Shown here one piece after another: positions 22,036 through 34,407 of a DNA stretch of 64,000 nt. The notes beneath the pieces are model-generated. The model was not told the DNA's origin and did no database searches. It was given only the letters and a program-made list of their open reading frames with translations. Numbering within the stretch: the first letter of the stretch is position 1; each line of letters starts with the position of its first letter. Location of the stretch: the NCBI GenBank assembly GCA_010356995.1, contig ML996710.1:92455-156454 (forward strand). The letters run 5' to 3'. This DNA is from Trichodelitschia bisporula. Taxonomy: Eukaryota. Position numbers and translations under genes: made by a program.

Positions 22036-25000
22036 GAGCCGTCGCTAGGGAAATGAAATGAGAAACCTGTGTTGCTATTTACATGATACTCAGAATCCTT
22101 CGTCTCCTCAACAGTGCCCTCAACCCCGCCAGCCGCACCCTATGAACAAGATCGCATATTGACTGCGCTTGATCTTATGCTGCTGCAGTTAGCACTATCA
22201 GGCAGTGAGAGGGGCGCGACTCACGTAATCCTCCCCAGAGTTAAACTCCGTTTTCTGTTACGGAATGCACCACATAAACAGTAACATCAATCGCAATGAA
22301 GAGCAACACACTGTACGGAGAGGGTGCACGTAGAGAATGGTGAGGGCGCGGTGGGGCAGTGTTCGAGCTGAAGGTGACTCTCAGCTCTGTGTTGTCGGCC
22401 TGGGCCATTGCCGCCGCAGTGCACCGGCAATCTGGGCTGGGAGGGAAAGAGGATCGGAAGTGCAGGTCGATGTGTGAGTGATGTGAAAGAGTTTGGAGCA
22501 AGCAGTCAGAGGAATTTATACCTACGTCGCGAAAGTTCTGTCCAACGAAGTCCTTCGGAGATGCCGAGTGTTGAGAAGGAAGACTGACGAAGGCCTTGAG
22601 TGATGCGGAGTGATGAAGTTGAAGATTGAAGAAGGCTTGCAAAGTGAGGAAGGAAGTGATTGTGAAGGACCCCTGCACTTCACGTCCATGAATAACGACC
22701 GCGAGTCCGAGGAATCTGGGACACCCTCCCCTTCCCAGCAGCTGCTTTGCCACCCGGTCCGCCTGCACAAAGCTGTACCCGCGTCCCAGCGACTCAGTCT
22801 CTGACTGAGTGCTGTAGAACGACGGGCCCAGCGCTATGCAAGGCCAGGATGTAGATGTCATGATGATGATGATGGGGAATGTCATGAGGTAATGAGGAAG
22901 AAATGATGATGAAGATTATTAGTGAAGATACCATGACCACGAACGCCCCGACCGCGCAACGAGCGTGCGACACGCAGCATCCGAGCTGAAAGTGCCGCCA
23001 GACGCGCACGAAGGCGCGCACCCAGCGACGGACTCCTCGTCCCCCTCGACATTGGTGAAGTGGAACGCGGCGTCAAAGTGAACGAGGAGCCCTTTGTAGT
23101 CAAGGCCCTTGCCCGCCAGCTCAGCCTCCCGTCCAATAAAGCGCTCCTTGCGAGAGCAGTTTTGAGATGTGAATTGAGTGCAACTCTCAGTCCACATCTG
23201 CTTGCCCACTGTCAGCACCCTGAGGCCAGTCTTCATGGACAAGGAGCTTCATACCTGTGATGAAGAAAAGTCGCAGTGGCTGAGGTCGCGCATGTGTGTT
23301 TTGATGCCACTCTCTGACCACTTCAACCACGGTTTCGAGGTGACAGACTGAGGGGCACACGGGCTTGTGAGTGGACAGCAGCAGGGAAAATGAGAGACAA
23401 AAACATACCGATGAACTTGAGAGCATGCAGCAGATGGAGAGTCAGAGGCGATATAGTCAAAGCCAGGTTTGGTCATCCAAAGCCTAGCTCGACATCTGAA
23501 GCCCAACAGCTTGAAGGATGAGGATGAGGCATGACAAAGAAGGACGGAAGACAACGAGTGATGTTTGAGTGATGGAAAAGAAGCCCGAGAACTGCTGAGG
23601 GACTTGAGAGTCCAGAGAGGTGACTTTGATATAGCAAAGAATGATTGAGAAGAATGAATGGAGTTTGAGTGAAGCTTGAGTGATGGGTGAGAGATGAATG
23701 AATTATAAAGAGTGATGGCAGAGTGATTAAGTTTGATGGATGAAGGATGAAAGGTGGTCTTGGGAGAAGAGGTTGTGGTTGTTGGAAGTTGGGAGAAAAT
23801 GAAAAAAGGAAAGTGGCTTTTATGCGAGTCCCGGAGGGACAAACGGGCCGACACCGCCGACGTCGCAGTGCCAGAGGAAGACATTCGCGTCATCGGTGCC
23901 CCTAGGGAGGAAGGAATGGGAGTCATCGGTGCCCGAGAGGAGGAAGGAGGGAAGGGGTTCGCTACGGAGGGGCCAATCCCCGTGGGGCTCCCCCGCCTGG
24001 GGGGATGACCCGTGGGGGGGTGACAGGTCCCATTGGCCATCGTGAAGCGGGGTAGACCCCACGCGCCGTTTTCAGAAAGTGCCATCGCGTTTTCCGCGAG
24101 GGGGAGGGACTTCAGAGGCCAGTGGAGATTTTGAGGGCGGGGGGTCGTGATGATGGGGGCGCCGGCATTGCTATTGAGAGACCACAAGACGGCGGCATGG
24201 CGGGCAAAATGTCTTCAGAATACTTATGTCCTTCGGTGGGTAACTATGAAAAGAATGCCTGACTTTGAAATTGGGCAGTGAGCTCATATGGAACTGGAAT
24301 TGCGGTGATTCGTGATCTGCGATCCATGAAGCCGACGTGCCTCCCAGCGTGCTTTTGTGCGCGCAGATCCTCCGGAGAGTAGCAAGAGTCTTCCACTGGA
24401 AATTGAGGAGCACCAAAGTAGTAATAAAGCAGCTCGTCCTTCTCTCTCTCTCGCATCTTCCCTTTCTCGACCCGGTGAGTTCCATACTGTGAGCGTCAAG
24501 AAGTGTCGCGATCCTGCGGCCCGATCAAAGTTCCACACCACATGGTGTTGCAGATTCTCAGCGCACATCATCTCAGACTCATACTCTCAACTCTTCTAGC
24601 ATTGCCTAACGGTTGCAGGAAGTCTCACGAATTTGTTTAGGTTGATATTAAAAAGTTTCAAAGTGCCAGAAGGGACTATGGTAAGCTGCACCGCAATTCC
24701 CGTCTCCCAGCCCACGCCGTACCACTCCATGGCGAGCTCACAGCATTCGGCTGCGCTGAGAACACCGAAGAAGAGAGTGGGAAAGGAGTTTTTTGTGGTA
24801 ACCGCGCGACTTCGAGCACAAATGCAGAGGACACAGGCAAATCAATGAGCATCGAGCGTGGGAAAGGTGGTCAGAAGCGACCACTGGCCGGCGGAGGCAG
24901 CAAAGAGCCCTAGTGAACGCGACCCGAGGATGTGGCAGTGAAGGGTCTTTGCCTCGAAGACCGAGGTGCCTTTATCCCCGCAAAAGGCTGAGGACGCTCG

Positions 25001-26229
25001 ATATTGGTGAGGGGCACACGACATTGGTGCAGAGCACACGCAACTCAAGAGCATGGGCATACGGAAACACCATGTGGGCTTAACAGAATACTACGAGAGA
25101 GGAAGAGAAACCAAATTACTATTGTACCACATTCACTCCCACATCCACACGAGAGCGTGTCCCCACTGCGGCCCCGTCGGCATGGCAATCAGGAAAGAAG
25201 GGTTGTCCGCGTTGTTGAAGTTGAAGTAGTTGTAAAGGAGGTGCGTTATGATATTTTTGTTGACGTGGTGAAGCTTTGCGATACCATTGGCAGGTAGAGA
25301 TGTCCCAGTGGTCCTAACGGCTCCACCGCAGGGACAAGAGTAGCCCTGTTGGTGGAGGGCTCCACCATTCCCTCCACTGAAAGTGTTTTGCGGACCCGAG
25401 CGCAAGGAGCGATTCGCCGACAGCCTGAGGAGCCGCTCAAGGATATACGGCGGCAGAGGACGGTGTGCCTGCCCTTTGTCCTTGTTCTCCTTGTAAAGAC
25501 GAGATGTCGAGTTCAGCCTGGGAAAAGGGCCTCGTAATTAGCAACAACCCATTACTATATAGCTTCAAGACTTACACCCGACGGAGGATGAGGTCCTCGT
25601 TAAGAAGAAGCCAGTATGACTGCATCGTGACAGTTTGCGGTTTGCAGTGTTGGATGAGGGTGGTGAGTGAGGGAATGGGAACAGAAGGGAGAGAGGTCAG
25701 CGTTTGAGCCCGTAAGGGGGACTCATACATAGAGTTATCGTGAAAACCCCGCACGCTCAACCTCACCACATCAGGCCTGATAGCCACCACTCCACGTCCT
25801 AAAAAGCAAACCCCTTCTGAGTTAGCATTCTGAACCTAGAATAATGTGACCACTTCGCTGACAAGCACATGAGTAACTCCGCACCTTGCCTAGGACGGGA
25901 CTGGTCGCTACCAGTTCATTTTCGTGCTGCAGTGGACCTCCCGTTGCTCCACCTGAACCAGTCTCGCATACACAGTGTGCATGTAAGCCCTCACAAAGCC
26001 TTCTCGTACGCTTTGCTAACAGTCATGGCTTCTGGTATTCCCAGCTCCCGCCGAAGCTCCTCCTTTTCCCCCCTTTGCGCCGTCGCCGCGTTCCCTTCAA
26101 TGCCGCCGAGCACGTCAGAAGCCAGCCTCGCGAGCGACCCCACAAGATGTCAACACAAGCTTTCATTGGCTTAGAACGGGTCCACGCTACCCCGCACAAG
26201 AAACAATCTGGGGAAGTGGGCCGGAGCGA

Positions 26230-26800
26230 CTGGGCAGGGGCTAGATGCATGAGTTAAACGGCTCCAGCAACGCCCGAGCACCGGCGCGGCAAGGACACTC
26301 GACACGTCAGGACGCACCTTCAGTACAATAAATTGAACCCTGCACGTCGGTGAATAAAGGATGTTGTGTTAAATGGCCATGCGAAGTGGAGCGAGTGGGC
26401 CCGAGCAAGATAGCCCCTGCAACGTCGGAGCTCCGGGGCGGCAAGCACACTCCGGACATCGGGATGTACTTTAGCAAAAAGAATTCAGCCCTGGACTTCG
26501 AAGGATAAAGGAAGCCATGTTTAATGGCCATGCGAGGCGAGCGAGTGGGACCCAGCTGGATGCAGAGGTTAGATGGCCCCCCGCAACGCCGGAGTACCGA
26601 CGTGGCAAGGACACTCGGGACGTCAGGATGCACCTTCAGCACAAAGGCCATACGAGGCAGAGCGAGTACGCGGCAGCTACATGCAGGAGATATACTGCGC
26701 CTGCAACGCGGGAGCACCGGGGCGGCACGGACATTAGGGACGTCGGGATGTACTTTCAGTACACAGAATTGAACCTTGAATTTTGAAGAATAAAGGAAGC
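26230..26800. repeat. Degenerate tandem repeat, ~120-165-bp period, ~4 copies
   Basis: Recurrent GCAACG-CGGAG...GGCAAGGACACTCGGGACGTCAGGATG-ACxTTCAG and ATAAAGGA...AATGGCCATGCGA blocks. Confidence 0.75.
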
Positions 26801-27938
26801 CTTATTGAGCAGCCATACCGGGGGGGGACATCTGGAGACAGCCTCTGCGGGTTGGCGGAAAAGGGGTGGCGGGCATGCCGCAGCCGGAGGCCAAGAAAGG
26901 AAGGGCACCGCTCTTAGGACATCCGATTCACAGAGCCTAACATCCTTTTCCACATAGAATGCATCCGGGTCTCCATGAATATCAGCCAAGTTCATCCCAG
27001 TTAAGAGTCGATTCCCGGAGGTCGGGTACCTCCACTTATTCGCCCAAATCCGGCCCGGAATGCAAGGCTGCAGCCTTGAGTTAATAGAGGCTTCTATTGG
27101 TGAGCTCATAGGCGATTTTAAGCGATTTTACGCGATTTTAACCGAACCAATCACTTTCTGCTTCCGGAACGCGGCGGAGGCTCTCGGCATGCATGAAGCC
27201 GAGTCAAGGGACGCCAAGCATCTCCAAGGCAGCCACAAGGCGCCTTACCCAAAAAGTCCTTGCCCCCCCTCATCTCGCAAACCGCGCCCTGCAGATAGAT
27301 TGCTGCACAACAAGAACAACTCATTTTCAATTACATTTTGCTGGTGACTTCGTGCTTCAAACTTTGATGCCCTGCAAGCTTTGCAGACACAAGCATACCA
27401 TCAACACCCAACTTTCCCCCAACGCGCCGCAGCTTCGCCGTCGCATCCCCCTCGCGCGCCTGCACCTCCTCCTTCGCCTTGCACTTCGCGCACTCGCGAT
27501 CTACCGCCTGTCTACGGAGGCCCGACGGCCTGTGAGGCGATACAATCAAAGGTTTTTGCGATATTGTTTACAGTATACAGGAAAGCCGACAGAACCCCAT
27601 GGGCAGATCTTCAGCGTGAGAGACTGGAGCTCCGGGGTTTGAAGTGGCTGCAGCAAGGGCACACATCAACGTGGATTAGAGATCGTGAACCTCTACTGCG
27701 AGACCTCAACATCACAATCCTCTGCAGTTAGGCGCCAGGGAAGGAACACTGCATCAGAGGCCATGTTTTCGTAGGGAGGAAGTCGAGGTATATATCCCAC
27801 AGGACCGAGCTGCAAGAATCAACAGATGTCACTCTCCAGATCCACCCTCTCAAACATGCGATGCGAACAATGAAGTCCGTTTCCAGTTCACAAACTCTCG
27901 ATACACACGGTTCATTGCAACCTCTCTTCTATCCTGCA

Positions 27939-29267
27939 TCAAATCCCACCCATTTCAAACGCCAACGCCTCATTCCTCTCCATCTTCCCGACCTCAAGCA
28001 CCACCGCATCCCCTACCACCGAGAGCTTCACGACCCCCAAATCCACCGGCTGCCCCTCAACCCCGAAGATCAACCTCCTCACTCCTATGATCTCATTCTC
28101 CACCAAACCCGTCACACTCCCCACGCCCTCAACCCTCACACTCCCCATCCCCATCCCCGCCTTCCTCACACCAACCAAGACCTTCACCCGTCCTCCATCA
28201 ACCGTCGCATAAGCATCCACAATCCCGTCCCCACCCGCCCTCGTCCCAACCCGCACTCCCGTCATGTTCGCATAATAAGCATAAACCCTCCACTCCCCAC
28301 CAACCACATACCCGCCGTCCCTCTTCGCGCTCAGCAACCCCGCCGCTCCATCCCTCAACCCCCGTCCCATAGCCCAATTCCCCCTCAACCCCCTCGCATC
28401 ATGCCGTTCCAGCTGACCAATCCACCACGCGCTCCCCGCCGGCGTCTGCTCAACCTGAGTTCCATACTCATCCACATTGATCGGCCTCTCCGGCAACCCG
28501 TACATCTTCAACAGCCCGGCCAGCCCGGCGTGGCTGGCGTCCATGCTGCTCTCTCCGCCCTCAAGATGCCAAACCCACTCATCCGGCACCGTCCCCGTGC
28601 GCTTCACCAGCGCCATGAAACCCGTCCACCACGGATTCATCACGCTCGGCGGGCCAGCGAAGGCCGGGCCTGTGATTTTGACGCCCGGCAGATCGCGCCG
28701 CAAGACCTTATACGCCCGTACCCAAACCTCCTCCCATCTTTCCCTGCTCCTCGTCCAAAATGCTGACAGATCCGCCTCGTTCCATATATCCACGCTCAAG
28801 CCCGCTTGCATCTTCGCTTCTTTGATATCCCTCACCACCCGCGCTAAAAACTTGTCATACGCGCCCCAGCCCCCGTCGCCCGGGTACGTGGCCTTTTGGT
28901 CCTGGGTGCCATCTGAGCCCCAAAGGTCGTGCGGGAGGAGGATGAAGGACGCCTTGAGCGAACAGGCGATTTGATAGTCATGGAGCGCGGAGGCAAAGCG
29001 TGGCAGATACTCGGCTTCGCTTACGGACCACCCGCGGCCCGGGGCAGGGATTTGCGCACCGCCGGAGCGGAAGGCGGTTAAGTGCAGCGGCTTCAGGAGG
29101 GCCTCGGGGATTGTGCGCGGAGGGTCCGGGAGGCCGTAGAGGATCCCAGCGGCGAGGTGCTGCGGTGGGCCGGTGAGGTTTCTGAGGTTGACGACTGCGG
29201 GGTAAGAAGCCGCGGCGCTCAGAGTGAGGAAGGGCACGAGCCAGAGCAGCGCGGTCAGAGGAGACAT
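27939..29267 (-). CDS. Secreted glycoside hydrolase, fungal GH39-like (beta-xylosidase-like), 442 aa, intronless
   Basis: N-terminal signal peptide; GILYGLPD, RSGGAQ, LLPHDLWG, DIWNEADL and INVDEY motifs typical of clan GH-A GH39. Confidence 0.85.
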   Translation of the reverse strand: MSPLTALLWLVPFLTLSAAASYPAVVNLRNLTGPPQHLAAGILYGLPDPPRTIPEALLKPLHLTAFRSGGAQIPAPGRGWSVSEAEYLPRFASALHDYQIACSLKASFILLPHDLWGSDGTQDQKATYPGDGGWGAYDKFLARVVRDIKEAKMQAGLSVDIWNEADLSAFWTRSRERWEEVWVRAYKVLRRDLPGVKITGPAFAGPPSVMNPWWTGFMALVKRTGTVPDEWVWHLEGGESSMDASHAGLAGLLKMYGLPERPINVDEYGTQVEQTPAGSAWWIGQLERHDARGLRGNWAMGRGLRDGAAGLLSAKRDGGYVVGGEWRVYAYYANMTGVRVGTRAGGDGIVDAYATVDGGRVKVLVGVRKAGMGMGSVRVEGVGSVTGLVENEIIGVRRLIFGVEGQPVDLGVVKLSVVGDAVVLEVGKMERNEALAFEMGGI

Positions 29268-29819
29268 CGTGCGCGTTCCTGGCGACGTTGCGCGGTGTCG
29301 GAATAGGGTTTATAGCATGGTGTATATTGGCGGTCTGTGGGCGGAGATGACAATCCGGACATGGTGCTCTAAATATAGTGGGCAATATTGCGAACTTGTA
29401 CAGCACACGGCTGAGATGCTCAAATCTCGAAAGTGAGTCGCAAACGGCTGGATTTCAGTGTTGACATAAATAGTCCTTCAGGTACATATCCGAAATACCG
29501 TCTACGGAGAACTGAAAGATCTTCAATCACTACCATGCCTCCGTAAGCCGACAAATCCTCAATCAAGCATTGTACCTGAACACAACACCCCCAGCCTTGG
29601 CCTCCGCACTCATCTAGTATGTACCAGCCTCAGCAACGTTTACCGCTGCCAGATCATCATCTCGCCTCCAGCCGTCTGCATCGCAGTTCAGAACATCATC
29701 CCGCCACCGGCCGTCTCCGTCACAGTCCAGAGCCCTTTTGCTGTCCACGCCCGTATCATCCACGAACCTACCTGGCGCGAGCCCCCTTCGCGTCTGAGTT
29801 GAAGCCCGCCTCTGCTGAC

Positions 29820-30130
29820 GACCTAGCTTGCGTCCAGCAGCCAGCCTTGCTTAGTTGTCGAAGCCTTGCTGAATCGTCGAATCCTTGCTTAGTCGTTGAA
29901 GCCTTGCTTGAAGCCTCGCTGAATCGTCGAAGCCTTGCTTAGTCGCTGAGCCTTGCTGAGTCGTCGTAACCTTGTTGAGTCCTCGAAGCCTTGCTGAGCC
30001 GTCAGAGCCTTGCCTAGCTGCCAGAGTCCCCGCGCTCGAAGCCGAAAGTCTCAGTCCAGCCGTGCGGCGGGTAGCCAGCTGTACTCTGGCGACTAAGCCA
30101 GGCTATGGCGCCTAAGCAAGGCTCTGACGT
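29820..30130. repeat. Array of ~18-21-bp AAGCCTTGCTTAGTCG-like units, with two inverted units at the right end
   Basis: About 10 degenerate units; inverted GACTAAGC(A/C)AGGCT at ~30090-30125. Confidence 0.8.
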
Positions 30131-30238
30131 CGCACTCTCTCTGCCACCTCAAGATTGTTCCAGTGGTATACTGAGCTTGACTGAAGAGGAGAGCTGTGGG
30201 CCACACAGAGTCCCAGACTGGGGGGTATTAGCCATTGT

Positions 30239-30505
30239 TGTTAGACGGATTCCCATTTGTTACAGCCTTCTGATATTGTAAGTTCCTATATCACTTCGCG
30301 CTCGGTATCTTTGTAGCCGGTATCCGTTAGCGCTCGGGATTGCTTACCTCCGTTGTCTTGTTTCATCGTATCTTTGGCTCGACGCCACTCCTGTTTCATA
30401 TTTCCTATATAGTACGAGTTGCCCACATGGTACACTCGACAGTTCAGTCTACGTCAATCAACAGAAACCTTTGTTTCATCTGTTCTCAGCTTCTACAGTC
30501 CAACA
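30239..30505. mobile_element. Solo LTR family F (267 bp)
   Basis: TGTTAG...CCAACA; TSD ATTGT. Confidence 0.92.
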
Positions 30506-31808
30506 ATTGTATCGATGTGGAACGGACGCTTGTAGGCGACCGATCGGGCGGCTGGGACCGCTGTTTTTGCACGAAATGCAGTGTATTTGCGGAAGGAGAG
30601 GAAGATGGTGGATACTGTTTGGAGAAGGGATGGCTTTAGTCGAAATCATGCGCGGGGGGGGTCAACCCTTTCGTTTGACGGAGACTGTTCTTCAACTTTA
30701 TGACCGCCGGTCTGCAGCCGACCGGGTCGCTGTCATCATCTGTTTGACAACCTGAGTCAGTATTGCGGAAGAAGATCCCTCGCGAAGCCATTGGACTGGC
30801 GTGAGAGAGACGAAGCAAGATAAACGAAGAACGGGGCGCATGGGTGCAAAACCGACGTTAAAAGTTTGCCGCAAACCGTGTGTTGCGACGGCAACGAGTG
30901 ACGTAATTAAACAGAAGGCGCCTGTAAGGTACTTACTTGCCTAAACGCCCCTCCGTCAAGAGTTGTGCCTGCCCTTCCAGACTCAGGTAACATATTCCAC
31001 CCCATGCTACTGCCTTTTGCGCTGAAGGCGCCTTCTGAGAATGGCATGGGCTCTGGAAAGCAAGAGCGTCCCATCGAAAACGCCAGGAGATCGTGCAACA
31101 AGCACGTCATAATCAGCTCAGTCCCCGACCGGGAAATCGCAAAGAGCGTACCCCAGCCGGTTGAGAGGCTCTTTCCCGCTGTACTTGATAATCACGGAGG
31201 CGCCGCCGCATCGCGCGGCTACCTCACTGAGGATTTCCCGTTTGACTGTTGCACCGGCAACTGCATCATAAAACCGGCACGTCCTAACGTGCGCTGGCGA
31301 CCGATAGTAACCTGCAGAGAACGCATACCGGAATTGAGTGGCTCTTTTCAACGCTGCATTGAGCTCAAAGAGGCCCTTGGGGACTATGCGCTTACGTGAC
31401 TGGAGATGCTCCGTCCGACTGCCGCACCACGTCTGCATGGCGACACGGCGTGAAGTGGAGATGTGCGGATGCCGATGCGGAAGAAAGAGGACAGCTAGCG
31501 GATGGATATTCAGGCATCATGTACGAGGAATAAAATGAGAAGTACCATCAAACTGAGCGTATATTCCACGGCATGGTCCTGATAATAACTTCCTGTCTGC
31601 CGCCACAAAAGCCCTCCAACTCGCCGCAACTTGCCAGCGTCTTCCCGAAGCATATAACAAAAAGCCAAAGCCATTGCCCAGCGCAGCCTCGGTCCAGCAG
31701 CTCTCTCCGCACCCTCTCTGCCTGTACAACCCGCGTACACCTCCCCTGGCGCACGAAACCACAGACCCAAAAGCATTCAGCGGGCAAAAAGATCGGCGCG
31801 AAGGCCGC

Positions 31809-31880
31809 TGGACTCGCCGGGAATCGAACCCGGGACCATCCGCATGCTAAGCGGATATTATACCACTAAACCACAAGCCC
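31809..31880 (-). tRNA. tRNA-Ala(AGC), intronless
   Basis: GGGCTTGTGGTTTAGTGGTA... anticodon arm TCCGC-TTAGCAT-GCGGA, GGTTCGATTCC T-loop, acceptor stem; T5 Pol III terminator at 31786-31790. Confidence 0.95.
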
Positions 31881-33073
31881 AGTTGATGAGATTTTGCGGC
31901 GGGCGGCAAGTCAAATTTCAATTGTGCGCCGTCGGCTGCGGATGGACCAAGTGAAGGGGCGCGAAGGCGGCGCAGCCCGCTGTGGGTTAGGGTTAAGATT
32001 CCGGGATGTGAGTGCGGGGAACACGCCGGCTGACTTGGCGCATGGGGAGCGGACGTCGCTGAAGAGATAGAATAAACACGAGCGGGTGTGATATCGGCGA
32101 GGTGATGTTGCAATACATGATGGTGTCAAAGCGCAGTGATGGACTGATGGTGGGAATGGATGTGCTGGAGTTGAGGAAAGTATGTGGGTTAGGGAAGCTG
32201 TGGGCGAGACTGCTGACGATGAACGTAGGCTTCGTAGGAGGGCAGCAAGAGACTAAGTGGCATTATGACATCTTGAATGTGATACAATGCTATGTGATGG
32301 TGTGTCGCCATCTCAATAACGCCTCGGACCAATTTAGAGTGGATCCCGGCGAGAGACCGCGACAGTGGGAAAGGTACACCCCCCTTCTTTGACAGAGGTC
32401 ACTTGAGCTTATGATGGCTAGAGCAGCTTAAGAAGCTCCCGCACGCATTCCCGCGCTTGAGACGGCATACCAGCTATTGGCAGTATATCTACACCGCCGT
32501 CGCCAACTTCGACTAAGCTCAGGAGAACCCGGGCTTGTGGTCAAGTTGGGGACCGACGGGTTGCTTGAACGGTGACCGCTTTATCGCGGAGTCCTGAGAA
32601 GGCCCCCCAATTGCAAAAACACTGTGCGGGACGCCGGAAGTAGAGAGCTTTCGTAACCGCAAGCTGCGGTGAAATTCTTGCTTTTTGAAGCCTTTGCTCT
32701 TTTGAGCCTTTGAGGGCGGTGCTGTAGGGGAATTGTAGAGAAGGGGCTGGAGGAAGGGGAGGGGGAAAGGATTACCCTTAAAGTCTTGCAAGTGTAGCCC
32801 GCTCTCTTTGTCTTTGGATTTGGGCATTGGACGGCCTCGGAGGCAGGGCGTCTGGGCCTCCTTGTATTCTCAGCACATGCTTCACTGGATTTGACCCTTT
32901 TGTCTGGGGGTTCTCTTCGTGGAAACTAGTAGTGGCTGCTGCTCGAGCCAAAATCAATGTATCAATTGATCTCTGACTGACTAGCTCGACCTCTGAATGA
33001 GGTCGGGAATGAGTGACTATATACACAACGTCTGACTTCCAGTATCTTCCATCGATCTGACCAATTTGTCAGG

Positions 33074-34407
33074 AAGAATACTCCAGATACTCAATTTGTC
33101 ATCATAGAATATTTTAGATCTTCATCCCGCAGTGGCTGGGTGCATACCGTCATTGCTCAGTCTGACACACCCCCCCAGCCAGGCACTGCTTTCCTGTTTA
33201 AGAGTCGAGGACTCGGTCTGAGATGTCCACAAATCCTAGTTGCTTGACAAAAGTTTGATGCTTTTGCGTCGGTAGAGCCTTCGTAAGGCCATCTGCTGGC
33301 ATGTTGGCTGTCTCAATCCAATGGATTTGAATTCTGCCAGCCTGAACTTCTTGCCGAAGCCAATGGTGGTTTATGTCCACATGTCGTAGCTTTGTGGTAA
33401 ACTGAGGGACATTTGAAGTGAGAAGACGAATCGTTTGCTGATTCTCGCATCCGTTCGAAATCGCATGAAAAAAACCAAACCACATCAACGAAAAGAAGCA
33501 CAAACAACAAAACACCCCCTGGACACCGGAAACCAAGGAAAAAACCACGCCGCCAGAGAAAGACACGCCGCAGCAGACATACGCCGACCACCAAAAGGCG
33601 AGAGAGACGCAGCAAACCGCGAACAGAAAACCACCAGAAGTCGCAAGAGAAGCAGCAAAACCTCCGAAAGCTCCACAAAAGCCAACCGCAAAGCAGCGCC
33701 AGCCCGCAGACAGGAAGATACGATACCGACACGGAACGCGAACGCGAACGCGAGCAATCGAATAACCCGCTAAGAAACATGCAAAAACTTTCAAGTCAGA
33801 AGCGACACACACTCACCAAACTGCACAGCAGCGAGGAACAAGACCGAGCGAGAAATCGTCAAGCCGTACAAAGGCCAAACAAACCGGAACTCCAAGAAAC
33901 AGAAAGCAGCCACAACAGAGACCACGAAAGCCGAACCACACGCAAGAGCTCACACTGCAAAAGAAACCGACTAGCCCCAACCAAGCCCCCACGCCAGCAG
34001 CAAGCACCCAGGCCACGCGATTTCGAACGGATGCGATAATCAGCAAACGATTCGTCTTCTCACTTCAAATGTCCCTCAGTTTACCACAAAGCTACGACAT
34101 GTGGACATAAACCACCATTGGCTTCGGCAAGAAGTTCAGGCTGGCAGAATTCAAATCCATTGGATTGAGACAGCCAACATGCCAGCAGATGGCCTTACGA
34201 AGGCTCTACCGACGCAAAAGCATCAAACTTTTGTCAAGCAACTAGGACTTGTGGACATCTCAGACCAAGTCCTCGACTCTTAAACAGGAAAGCAGTGCCT
34301 GGCTTGGGGGGTGTGTCAGACTGAGCAATGACGGAATACACCCAGCCACTGCGGGATGAAGATCTAAAATCTTCTATGATGACAAATTGAGTATCTGGAG
34401 TATTCTT
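33074..34407. repeat. 391-bp inverted repeat (33074-33464 / 34017-34407) around a 552-bp loop
   Basis: RNase H C-terminus, PPT and LTR start present in both orientations with a few mismatches. Confidence 0.93.

Noticed and set aside
29820..30130. CRISPR-like array
   Set aside because: Units are degenerate and adjacent, with no unique spacers and no cas genes; eukaryotic context.
32528..32555. Second tRNA (GGGCTTGTGGTCAAGTTGG resembles the tRNA-Ala 5' end)
   Set aside because: No T-arm, anticodon arm or acceptor stem follows.
33465..34016. DGR-like adenine mutagenesis or ADAR-type hyper-editing of a retroelement
   Set aside because: Mirror-position base pairs obey the alphabetical-minimum rule in every pair checked, indicating an IUPAC/consensus overlay. 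ORFs predicted inside the loop are therefore spurious.
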